Below are positions 42,615 through 53,994 of a stretch of 64,000 bases of DNA, one piece after another. The stretch comes from Octopus vulgaris (Eukaryota). Location of the stretch: NCBI GenBank assembly GCA_951406725.2, contig OX597825.1, positions 76,012,001-76,076,000 on the forward strand. Reading direction: 5' to 3'. Numbering within the stretch: the stretch's first letter is position 1; each line of letters starts with the position of its first letter. A program made the position numbers and the translations under genes. Under the pieces are notes generated by a model. The model had not been told where the DNA came from and searched no databases. It worked only from the letters and a program-made list of their open reading frames with translations.

Positions 42615-42848
42615 CCATGGGTAAATCAAAAATTTGTGTTGTTTATGAATATGAGTTCCATCATGGAACCAGTGCATCCCAGACAGCTTGAAACATCAGT
42701 GAAGGGTTTGGTAGAGATATGGGAATGAGCGTGCTGTACATTGATAGTTTGAGAAGTTCTGGTTTGGTGACTTTACTCTTGAAAATCAACCCTGTGGTAG
42801 ACCTGAGACCAATGTGGATAATGATAGGCTGGGAACTGTAGTGGAAAT
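42615..42848 (+). mobile_element. mariner transposase N-terminal (HTH) relic
   Basis: YEYEFHHGTSASQTA...FEKFWFGDFTLENQPCGRP, with stops. Confidence 0.7.
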
Positions 42849-42869
42849 ATGTTGTTAGATAGCCAAGAG

Positions 42870-43690
42870 ATTGGGTATCTGAACTGAAAGAGCAGACATT
42901 GTGACGAAAGAACTTGGGCTTTCAAAGGTTTCTGCAAGGTGGGTCCCTTGCCTTTTGACTCCTAAACAGAAATGCATCTGGTGCACTTTGTCCAAAAGCT
43001 ATCTGGAACTGTTTGAAGCCAATGAAGAGAATTTTCTTGCTTGTTTCATTACTATAGATGAAAGTTGGGTTCATCACTACCAGCCTGAAACCAAAGAACA
43101 ATCAAAGTAGTGGAAGCACACATCCTACCCCAAAGAAGGCCAGGGTCATTCCTTCAGCTGGCAAGGTCATGGCATCCATTTTTTGGATTCTAAAGGTGTT
43201 TTGCTGATTGATTACCTTGAAAAGGGTCACACTGTGACAGGGGTGTATTATTCTCAGCTACTGAAATGCCTCCCAGAAGCAATCAAAAAAAAAAGGCCAG
43301 GAATGCTCACCAGAGGAGTCCTTTTTCATTACAACAATGCTCCAGCCCACACCTCAGTGGTTGCCATGGCAACAATTCGTGATTATGGATATGAAATTGT
43401 TCCGCATCCATCTTGTTCACCATACTCAGTCCCCTCTGATTTTCATCTATTCCCCAAAATGAAAAAAGCCCTGGCTGGTCGACATTTTGCCAGTGACAAT
43501 GATGTCATAGACACTGTAGGAAGTTTCTTGGAGTCTCAAACAAAAGAGTTCTATGCTGGGATAATGGCGCTTCAGCACTGCTGGAGAAAGTGTTCAGCCA
43601 TCGAGGGGAACTATGTTGAAAAATAAATCATCAGAAGTCTTGTACCATGTTTTGCTTTTTTGAGGCTCTGGAAAATGTATTTAGTCACCT
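42870..43690 (+). mobile_element. mariner (DD34D-type) transposase pseudogene
   Basis: ARWVPCLL, ITIDESWV, FHYNNAPAH, HPSCSPYSVPSDFHLF motifs; one stop and a frameshift. Confidence 0.92.
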
Positions 43691-43869
43691 TCAAAATTAC
43701 ATCTAAACAACAATGTATCCTTGCCACTTTCAAAAGAAAACATCAGATAAAATACCAGTCTGGTTGAAAACTTGCAGACAATCTTTGCCACTTTAAAAAG
43801 AAAATGTCATTCAGATGAAATATCTGTTGGGCAGAAAACTTGCTGACTTCTTTTGATATACATGTAAAT

Positions 43870-44710
43870 ACAGTATTATCAGTGGGATTTCTGCTGTTTC
43901 ATCACTGATGACAGAAATTTTATACCGGGTTTATATTTTGTAACCTTCAGAGATATCCATGTACTATTAGTTTCAGCTGTCAGGTTACTCCTATTACAAA
44001 GACCTAACAAAGTCCATCGCTGAGAACAAGGATTCACAGGCATATGCTGATGAAAACATGGATATTAGTGTTGTTGCAAAGTTTTTTAACTTGGAAAAAT
44101 TTTCTGGAATGGCATTCCAAGTCCTTAATAATTCATTTTCCACACTCCTTTCTGGTATTCCTGTCTCTAATTGCATTTTTTCAATATTTTCTTAGTCATA
44201 TCTGAGATCAATAAATATTTGCTTCCAAATTGAGCTACTTTGAAATTCAATCAACTGCATTTCAAAATCAACCATGTCTATCCTTGAAAACATTTGTAAG
44301 TTTACTTCTTCCAGTTTGATAATATCTGGGAACTTTATGAATTTTGCTGTCTCTTTCTTGAATTTAGCAAGACTTGTAAAAACTCCTCAACAGTTGACTC
44401 GATAATGTTTACAAACAGCTTTTGAAAACATTTGTTCTCTGTTCTATCATCTTTTAAGAGATCATTGATGTACTTCTTTAGGTTTGGGAAGTATCTAAAT
44501 CTCTCATTGTCCACATCCCTCTTAAAAGCTTTGAGTTTCATTTCAAAAGCCTTTATGTAACCAAGCATAACATCAAGTGTCTTACCAGAGCCCTGTAATT
44601 TAACATTCAAGTTATTCAAATGTTCACAAAAATCTGCAAACCACACCAGTTTCCAAATCTACATGATGTCAGAAAATTCTTGATATGAAACAATTCTTGA
44701 TAAGAAACAT
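43870..44710 (-). mobile_element. hAT (Buster/GTF2IRD2-like) transposase C-terminal relic
   Basis: HLNNLNVKLQG...IKAFEMKL and dimerisation-domain motif SMFSSAYACESLFS; disrupted frame. Confidence 0.88.
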
Positions 44711-45099
44711 GTTGGTCGGGTAGTAGGGGTGGTCTGCCCGGGTGGCACTTTCAAAGGGGCAGTACTTTTCATCTTGTTGTAGGCTATTGCTGTTGGCAAT
44801 AAGTGTTTTTTGTGAGGTCTGGGGGTGGCAAATGGAAGGGCTGCCCTGGGCAGCACACACTCTAGCTATGCTAGTGTTGAGGCCTATGTATAACAGTATA
44901 AATGCAGTAAGCTAGAAATATTTCCCAAACAAAATAACAGAATAAAGAAGAAAATATGGACAAATGGAGCATAATATATTAATTGTAAACTTATGCCAGT
45001 CAACTTGATTCGTAAGGCATAGTTGATTCGTAAGGCATACGTGAAGAAGGTGTGTTGACTGTCATGGGCAATAAAGAAATAAGAAACTTTATGCAAAAA

Positions 45100-45500
45100 G
45101 TTATCTGTGCTTTCTTCTGGGCTCAGTTCCTTTCCGGTCATTTCCAGCTGCTTTGCTTTCATTGACCTTTTCAATTCTGACTCCCAATTCTCCTTCTGCT
45201 CTGACATTTCTTCCTCTCTGCATTTTTTATTTTGTCTTCTCACCTGGGCCAGATGCTGGTCTGTTTGCTCATTTGACTCAGCCTCTCTCTGTCTTTTCAT
45301 TTAATTTCTGATGGGGGCCAGTCATTGCTGTGCCTGTTCGGCTTCTTCATTTTTCCCTTTGCTATTGTTTTCTGCATCTGTCTGAGGCATGTTGAATCTC
45401 TGCAACTTCAGGCAACTTCTGCTGGTGCAAATGCCCCATGAACTCGCCTTTGAGCTGAGCTTCTTGATCTGGATGTTGGCATGTCTTCTTTCTCAAACAT
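45100..45500 (-). mobile_element. Helitron RepHel-like N-terminal STPR-type repeats (relic)
   Basis: ESNEQTDQHLAQVRRQNKKCREEEMSEQ resembles E-x-x-EQ...RL repeats. Confidence 0.5.
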
Positions 45501-45929
45501 GCTGTAAACTTAAAAATATTGAATAGCAATGTTCTGAGTTATATATTAGATTTGATAGGTTATTTTTTGGAAAGATGACTCATCTCAAAGTGGCTGTAGA
45601 AAACTTAGTAACAGTAATAAATAGTTTATCCTTATCTAATACAAGCCAAAGTTAACAAATTCACCATTCAAAATAGTTTCAAAGTAGTAAAAACATTAAT
45701 AACAAGTTCTACTCTGGAATTTTTAAATGAATAGCATGAGACCTTTTGGTTTACTCTTCTCTTAAATCCTGGCCTTCCTTTAGTATTTCCGTTGTTTTAG
45801 ATCGATGTATAGAATTATATATATATGTAAGTATACTGTAAAGTGTTAATGTGTATGTATAATATATAATATAAGGGAGATAATCAGAGAAAGTCTTGAA
45901 AGTCAACATAAGATCGTAAATATAACAAG

Positions 45930-46125
45930 TAATCCAGAATCCTTGTCCAGTACCAGATTGATCCCAAAATCTAACCAGTTCATACCAGTCACAAGGCCAA
46001 ACATCCCTGAAAGTTTCATCTGAATCCATCCAGCGGTTCTTGTGATATCTTGTTCACACACAAACAAACAAACAAACAAATAGAACTGAAAACAATACTT
46101 CTGCCTTTGCTAAGGCGGAGGTGAT
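45930..46125 (+). mobile_element. Helentron-associated (DINE-1/HINE-like) element end
   Basis: Core followed by an (AAAC)n microsatellite and terminal hairpin cttctgccttt-gct-aaggcggagg. Confidence 0.6.
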
Positions 46126-46979
46126 AATCCTTTCTACTATAGCTACAAGGCCTGAAAACTGGGGAAACAGGTCTTGTCATAATATATTTGTCCCAGTGTT
46201 CAACTGGTACTCATTTCATTGACCCTTAAAGGATAGAAAGGAAAGTGGACCTTGGCAGGATTTGAACTCAGAATATAAAGATAGGTTAAAAGTTACTAAG
46301 CATTTTGTCAAGTATGCTAACAATTCTGCCAACTCACATCCTTAATAGTCCTTTCTGCCATGGGCTCAAGGCCTAAATTTGGTGGGGAGAGAACTAATCG
46401 ATTACATGGACCCCAGTGTTTTACTGGTACTTAATTTATCAACCTCAGTGGAATTTGAACTCAGAATGTAGCAGCAGATGAATTACTGCTAAGCATTTTG
46501 TCCAGTGTGCTAACAATTTTGCCAGCTCACCAACTTTGCTTCCTTAATAATAGTGATAATAATAACAAAGTAAATTAAAACAAAACAAATAATTTCTTTA
46601 AAATCTTTTTTTTAATTCTTAGAATTCTTTTTCAGTTAAAAATAATGACAAGTTATTCAATATATTATTTAAAAATTATTCATTAAGTTGTATATTTCTC
46701 AAATATTCTTTATAATGACATCAGCACAAATATAGCACAATTGGAACTAAACCAAGCTACACATACTATTAAATTATAAATTACAAATAATTTTATTACT
46801 AACAATAGTATTAAAAAAATACAAAATGATCAAATGGCAAAAAACTTAGAAAATGGTATAGTTGACATAGAATCAAATATAAGAATAATAACAAAAAAAA
46901 ACCCACTCAGGAAATACCATACAATTTCAAAAACAGGCGAAATTTGAAGAAAAATCTCAAATTGATAAACATGGAAATT

Positions 46980-47316
46980 TTATCTGCATATATATTTGAT
47001 AGGCTGTGTATAAAGTTCCTCAATATTAGGATTATTAAGATTGTCAATAGTTTGAGGAGGTTGAGCAGGTCTTCTTGGCTCTGGCATTGCATATAAATCA
47101 CAATCGACAGCTACAACAGATGCTGCGTCTGATTTTGAATCTATATTTTCATATACATCTAGAGAATCTTGTTGTAGAGTGCAAAATTCCAATCTGGGTT
47201 CACTGATAGCAACTGAATTAGTAGCTCGTATAGAGACACGGTTATTAACTTCACCAACGACTTGAAGAGTTGAGTTGTTATCTTTGTTTACTTTCTTGTT
47301 ACTGGACACCTTATTT
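46980..47316 (-). CDS. Terminal coding exon: cytoplasmic tail with tyrosine motifs
   Basis: Acceptor tattgtctattgcag|A AAT (phase 2). 111 aa open to TAA; starts basic (RNKVSSNKKVNK) and contains DVYENI, DLYAMP, ELYTQP and PEPRRPAQPP. Confidence 0.8.
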
Positions 47317-47559
47317 CTGCAATAGACAATATACATAATGACTGAAACAAGTAAAAGAGTAAAAGAATATATATATTTGAGAAAATGAATTCATTTTTCA
47401 AATATATAGGACTTTCTATTTCTTATTCTACTATAATATATATATATATATATATATAGTTAATTAAATATGTCCTTTGAAAACAAGGTGTATCAGATGT
47501 CTAAAAGGTGTCTAAAATATTTAGAGATTCATGAGAGTGATTATATATTAGTAAAACAG

Positions 47560-48855
47560 TGGAATAGTTATATCTTAAAAATCATGATAAAGATAAGTAT
47601 ATAATATTAGCAATATTGTATTAATAAATAAATATAGTACAGCTATAATCATTAAAAAGTTTAAAAGTTCTAATAATTATTTTGTGTATATACTTCCTTT
47701 TAAGATGAAATCTAAAGTTGATATTCATCGTTGAGACGTATATAAACTCATCAATTTGATGTTAACAATTATTATGCCTCTATACCACTGATCATATTAA
47801 TCAAAGCTGTAAATTAAGCCAGAAGTCTCTCTAATATTACACCACTTGAAATCGATATAATACTATTAGCTAGAAAAACACTTATTAAGTTTAATGATAA
47901 ATTATGGTACTATGCTACAAATAATAATTTATTTGATATCACCGTGGGATCTCCTGATTCTTTACAAGTTACAAACTTGGTGAGCTTAGACCTATTACAT
48001 AAGACTAGAAAATATTTTTCTTCTCTCAAAGGGGGATTATACAGAGATGATACTTTCTTGATATATAATGGCCGCTCCAAAAGAAAAATAGGGAAAATAA
48101 GAACTCCATAATTTCTTTAAAAATTTTGTTTTATCTATTTCCTTTGAAGAAAGCTATTGTAAAGCAAATTTTTTAGATGTAACTCTATATCTCATTGCTT
48201 CAACTTATTCTTCTTTCCACAAACCTAATGAATACCTAAAATATATAACCATTCTTTCAAACCATCATAAATCATTACTAAAGAACTGTATAAACAGTAT
48301 ATCTATTAGAATCTCATATTTTTCCTATAATGAAGAAATATTCAATAATCATGCAAACTATTATAATCAAGGTTTAGTTGTAAGTAGATTTAAGCAACAT
48401 ATCAAATATATAAAAGATATAAAACTTAAGAATTATATAGCACAAATGGAACTAAACCAACCTACGCATACTATTAAATTATAAATTACAAATAACTTTA
48501 TTACTAACAATAATATTTAAAAAATACAAAATGATCAAACCTCCATAAAACATGGCAAAAAACTTAGAAAATGTTATAGTTGACATAGAATCAAATATAA
48601 GAATAATAACAAAAAAAAAACACACAGGAAATACCATACAATTTCCAAAATTAATTTATAACTATAATAAATCATCTAGAAATTATTTGGTACACATCCC
48701 CATTTTCAATAAATGTTAAAGAACTCGCAAAAAAAAAAAAAATTTTTCTAAACATCGTAAAAAATAGTTTTCCTAATATCATAATAATATCACCATATAT
48801 TTAATAGATCAACAATTAAAATTTCTTTTCCCACATTGCTGAACATAGTGAAATT
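47560..48855 (+). mobile_element. Penelope-like element RT relic (probably Naiad-type)
   Basis: QFDVNNYYASI, FDITVGSPDS, GLYRDD (YRDD at 48040-48051), NFLDVTL, HKPNE, SNH, IIWYTSPFSINV, IFNRSTIKISF; stops and frameshifts; GIY-YIG domain not seen. Confidence 0.88.
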
Positions 48856-50142
48856 GTGAGAGAGAAAAAAGTAGAGATTTCAGAGAGAAAAGAAATTGAG
48901 AAGTGTCTGGCCCTCATCTGGCCAGAAATAACTTACATGGCCAGGGATACCAAATATGTCACAATGGAGGGAAGGTTCTTGTCAGAGGAAAAGGCCAAGC
49001 AACACTCTGTGGCCTCATTGTCTTTGGACAATATCATCCTCCTACCCTCCTACCTTAGAAGGCAGGCTTCCAGGGTAAGGGTGGAGGAGTTAGCACCAGA
49101 GGTAGATGTTGCCTGGTTAGTGGCAGTGATAGTGTTGGACCTGGAAGAGAAGGGGACAATCCCCCAGGTTGTGAGAATACCTGAAAGGAACTGGCTGGGG
49201 CAAGGCCTGGAAATGGTCATCCAGGCTACCCCAGTAGACCTAAATGCTATCACAGAAACCATAGTGGTGGGTGATAGGAAACTGAGAGTAATGGTGGAGG
49301 GAAGGAGGCCTAGGTGCTTCAAGTGTGGCCAGAAAGGCCACATTACAGCTGAGTGTCCTCCTTGTCCTGCAAAAGTTGCAATGACTATACCGATGAAGAC
49401 CACACTTCCACCCATTGAAGGATCAAAGTTGCAAGGAATACATGAACCAAAGGAAAAGAGGAAATAACAGAGGAGGGAACAGCAGTGAAGAGGAAGAAAA
49501 ACAGAAAGTGGCAGAAGAGGATGCATACCAGTGATGAGGATCCCCAACCTGGACCCATCCTACCCCCAACCTCTCCTACCCTAACCCACCCTTCCCCCGT
49601 AGACACCAGATCTGGACATACCCTGCTAAGCACTGACCCTGTACCTATGAAAAAACAAGCAGTGCACATAGAAAGCAAACCTCCCAATCACCATCTCATG
49701 TGTGTGTGTGTGTGTGGGGGGAACCCCTTTGTGGTATATAGTAAAGAGAATAAGAACTTAGTGAAAAAGCTTAAAAATATAAACAAATTGATAAAGGATG
49801 ACGTTCCTGAGGATTACCCCCTCATATGGAAGGGGTGCTCATTGACAGTGGGCACATTCAAGAACTCAAAGAGGTGTTTGGGAAGAAAGACTGTGATTTG
49901 GAGGAAGAAGTGGAAACAGCTGGACTAAAAGATATGGTATGGTCATATAATTTGTTTAAACAGTTCAAATGAAAACTGTTTCATCCAAAGTGCACTATAA
50001 AATAGTGTGGGGTTCAAGTTGCCATCATTCCATCTTCCATTTTTTTGCATTTCGTTTTCATCAGTTCCCCCTCCCCCTAATTTTGTGTTTTGTTCGTCTT
50101 TGTGCTGTCCGCTCTGTGTACGACCCTCGTGGTTAGTTAAAA
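48856..50142 (+). mobile_element. LINE ORF1 (gag-like, CCHC knuckle) element lacking ORF2
   Basis: VMVEGRRPRCFKCGQKGHITAEC zinc knuckle, then a basic/Pro-rich segment, then a T-rich 3' UTR ending cgaccctcgtggttagttaaaaa. Confidence 0.75.
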
Positions 50143-50333
50143 ATAATTCACATTTATGGATTATGCTCAGAAGAAGAAATGGATCAGAGGAATTCTATCT
50201 TTATACAGCCATCACAGGTTTTTACCACAGATTTTTACCATGGACTTATTCGACTTTTTAGAGTTTTAGGTCAAATTTATACCAACACAGATATATGAAT
50301 ACCAATAATTTTTTAAACAACATTTTCCTCATT

Positions 50334-50508
50334 TGAGCAGACCTAAGTACCCCAAATATATCTTTAACAGAAAATTTTCGAAAAATTCAATAGTGTTCTC
50401 TTCCGGACTCACTCACTCTCTGAAAGTTTCTAGTTCGAATCACACGTGTCTCGAGATGTGCTGTAGATTTTCTATTTTGGATATACTTGGGGTACTTAGG
50501 TCTGCTCA
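50334..50508. mobile_element. MITE-like element with 29-bp inverted repeats
   Basis: tgagcagacctaagtaccccaaatatatc / gatatacttggggtacttaggtctgctca, one mismatch. Confidence 0.75.
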
Positions 50509-50772
50509 GGACTTAGTGCTTGCTTTTTCCATGGGTATGAGTAAGTATTTCATTTATGTCTTACGTATTTATCGCTGAGGAGGAGAAAATTCTTATGAAT
50601 TAACTCTGAAATTGGGACCAATACGGTAATAATGGAATTTTTTAGAAACTTCTAATGGCTTGTTTCGAGATACGTGTTAATAGTGATTAATTATAATGGT
50701 TATTGACAATTTGTCTATTTTCAGCATATTTGGCATTAGAATTTTTTTCTTTTGTCCTTATTTTATAAGTTA

Positions 50773-51409
50773 CTAGCAGTATCGCCCGGCGTTGCTCGGG
50801 TTTGTAAGGGAAATAACTATATAAGCATTTTTAGAGAGTTATAGCCAAAAAATAGCAAAAAATGCATTAAAAATGGAAAAAATATGATGGTAAATTTTTT
50901 TTTAAATCGTTGACTCATCGTAGACATTTTTAGAGAGTTACTTCCCTTATATAATAGCGAAAAAATGCATTAAAATGGAAAAAAAACGATGGTAAATTTT
51001 TTTTTCAATCGTAGACTCATGTAGACGCTTTCTTAGCCATTTCTGTTTTGGTGTCTTCAAGCCATGAAGTCGTTGTTCTAAAAGAACACTGGTCTCCTTG
51101 ACAACGCATTACGACGTTGATTTCCTTACACTCCCTTCCCCACAGGTGCAGGTGTGAGCGTGGACGCCAACTCCGCCGCCATCGACACACGGAAAATTAT
51201 GCATTAAAATGGAATAAAAAATGATGTTAAATTATTTTTAAAATCGTAGACTCATCGTAGACGCGCGCTAATATTCAGACGGGCTCGATATGAATCACGA
51301 CTATAAGCTACCCGAATTTGGTTAAACTGTACCGCAAAATGTGGGAGTAGTTAGGAATCTAAATCGAAGGGGACAGACACTCACACAACTACAGTTTTAT
51401 ATATATAGA
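50773..51409 (-). mobile_element. Non-autonomous Helitron
   Basis: Minus strand A|TCtatatat...cccgagcaacgccgggcgatactgCTAG|T; internal direct repeats. Confidence 0.88.
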
Positions 51410-51479
51410 TATACATAGCGCAGTAGTGGTGAGATATGACAGCAAAGAAAAGCATACATTCACTCTCTGCATGCAATTA

Positions 51480-51800
51480 GACTCGGAAAGTTCGTGAGGA
51501 ACCCATTGACCCAATTTGCTGACTTTTCCGATAGCACACAGGTGTCAATGAATGGTTGAATGACCAAATCCAAGCTTCTCTGCTAGTTCCTCAACAGTTA
51601 CGATGATATTTTGTTCCACCAGGGTTTTCAGGATGTCCTTGTCGAGTTCTACAGATCTTTCAGGATGAGGCTTGTCTTCTAGGCTGTAGTTTATGGCTCG
51701 GGATTTCTGGAACCACCATTGACACTGCCTTACGCTTATTGTCCAATCCCCATATACTGCATTAATATTTCTTGTACTTTGCACACATTTATATTCTGTT
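51480..51800 (-). mobile_element. mariner transposase N-terminal relic
   Basis: STRNINAVYG...QWWFQK...SLEDKPHPERS...VEELAEKL...GQWVPHEL. Confidence 0.85.
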
Positions 51801-51844
51801 ATTCTTTTATATGTTTCAGCCTTGAGGTTGTGGCCATGCTGGAT

Positions 51845-51875
<31 letters not shown>

Positions 51876-52239
51876 CTATCTGTCTGTCTGTCTGTATGTA
51901 TATATGTATATGTATGTGTGTGAACAATAATATTTTCAACAGATGTGTTGCAAATGTATCTGATTGTTCTCAAGCTTCAATACTGTGTGTGTGTGTATGT
52001 GTGTGTGTGTATGTATGTATGTGTATGTATGTGTATGTATGTATGTATGTATGTGTGTATGTATGTATGTGTGTGTGTATGTATGTGTGTGTATGTATGT
52101 GTGTATGTATGTATGTATGTATGTATGTATGTATGAGTGTATGTTTACTTTATTACTAATTACTCTCTTCCAAGAACATTTTCACTCACTCTTAGCTCTT
52201 AGCTTCCCATACATTTTACTCATGTATCTATCAGCGTCA

Positions 52240-52559
52240 TAGACAGAATACTTTCACTTTAGTCTTCCTCAAATCACTCTGTCGCTATTTACTTTCATTT
52301 TATTTGTTGCCCACTGTGTGTGTGCGTTTGCGTGTGGTGTAAACCAGACTAAGAAAAGCATTTGACACACACACCAGAATGTGAGTTTTCTGTAAATTTT
52401 GCTTAATTGGAGTTTAAATTTTAAAAACTGGACCTGGCATGACGCGATGCATTGTACTCTTAAAAATGCTAGGTAAATTGTAATTGAAGAAATCCTATAT
52501 TGTAGATTTGTATAACTCCCAAAGGGAGGCAGATAAAATCTGCCTTTTATAATAAGAGA
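52240..52559 (-). mobile_element. Probable Helitron 5' fragment
   Basis: Minus-strand start aTCtcttattataaaaggcagattttatctgcc; no 3' CTAG end found. Confidence 0.4.
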
Positions 52560-52641
52560 TTTATAAATTTAACCTTAAAGGTGTTTTTTAATGATAAAAT
52601 TTTTTTCAAAAAATTTTATCCCATGTTAGATGTATATAAAA

Positions 52642-52834
52642 TGTGACCTCGTGTGTACCGTTGCCGATTTTTTTTTCTCTGTCTTCCCTTCTCTGGATCT
52701 TTCCTTCTCCTATGTTTCCAACGAAGAGCTCCACTCGAAACGTTAAACCCTCCTTCTTTCCTGAGCGTCCAATAATACTATATTTGTTCCACGTCCTCGC
52801 GTTGTTGTGTTTTTTTGTGCTTTCTTGTTTGGAT

Positions 52835-52839
<5 letters not shown>
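52642..52839 (+). mobile_element. Short Penelope-type element with a minimal hammerhead-like motif
   Basis: Second copy of 34997-35203; motif at 52714-52748; abuts (TA)n. Confidence 0.7.
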
Positions 52840-52884
<45 letters not shown>

Positions 52885-52887
52885 CAT

Positions 52888-52929
<42 letters not shown>

Positions 52930-52935
<6 letters not shown>

Positions 52936-53044
52936 TATATAGAAGGAGCTTCTACAGGACTAGAACTGTTTCATTCAAGAGAAATCTTCAGGAACTTGAA
53001 TGAAACAGTTCTAGTCCTGTAGAAGCTCCTTCTATATAATAAAT
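52930..53044. repeat. Perfect hairpin: 50-bp arms, 15-nt loop
   Basis: 52930-52979 is the exact reverse complement of 52995-53044. Confidence 0.95.
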
Positions 53045-53110
53045 TAATTTTACTCTACTATGTATTGAGTACCTTATTTACTGTGGTTAACCCCGAATCA
53101 ACCCGGGACC

Positions 53111-53144
<34 letters not shown>

Positions 53145-53314
53145 ACATATGGTATAATTATAAATGGCAGATTTTAGTCATTTTTCCACAGACTGAAAAA
53201 ATGATGAACAACCTTAATTGATTTTTGAACCTTATTGGGTTCTTATCAGAGATATCTAGATCATTCTGACAGCCTTCAGAGAAACAAGAAGCCGAACTGT
53301 TTCATGCACACATG

Positions 53315-53345
<31 letters not shown>

Positions 53346-53764
53346 GAATGCACATATACTCCACAACCCCACACACACATACATGTATACACTCGCACAC
53401 AGACGCATGCACACACTACCTACAAAATACACACACACACCACATATACATGCACGCACACACACATACTTCAAACTGCCAGTTAAACACCTTTCTACTG
53501 ACCACAACTACTCAAAAGACTGCCTCTCTTGCTACTAAATACTTCCTACAACATTAAGCAACACAAAGTTCACTCACACATACACATATAAACAGCCAAA
53601 ACCACACACACACACACAACAAATACACACACCTATGCACACACACAACACATACACACAGACTTGCAGGCATGCACACACCCACACATACCTCCTTCTC
53701 TTACACTCTCTTGTCTTAGAAAGAATTTTTTCTTTACCCATTTCCTTCTGGTCATTTCAAAATG

Positions 53765-53953
53765 CAACCACATGTAAATCGTTGGCAAATTTCTTCCTCC
53801 GTCTTCCCTTCTATTGGACTTTTCCCTGTTTCTGAAGAAGAGTGTCTGCTTGAAACTTAAACAATCTTTCTTTCCTTTCCTGAGTGTCTGCTAATACATT
53901 ACATGTACCACGTCCTCGTGTTGTTGCATTCTTTGTCTTTGTTCTCTTTTGGA

Positions 53954-53960
<7 letters not shown>
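53765..53960 (+). mobile_element. Diverged relative of the hammerhead-bearing short element
   Basis: gttt-CTGAAGA-agagtgtctgctt-GAAAC-tt-aaac at 53828-53862; shares ccacgtcctcg and cctgag(t/c)gtc; abuts (TA)n. Confidence 0.65.
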
Positions 53961-53993
<33 letters not shown>

Positions 53994-53994
<1 letters not shown>

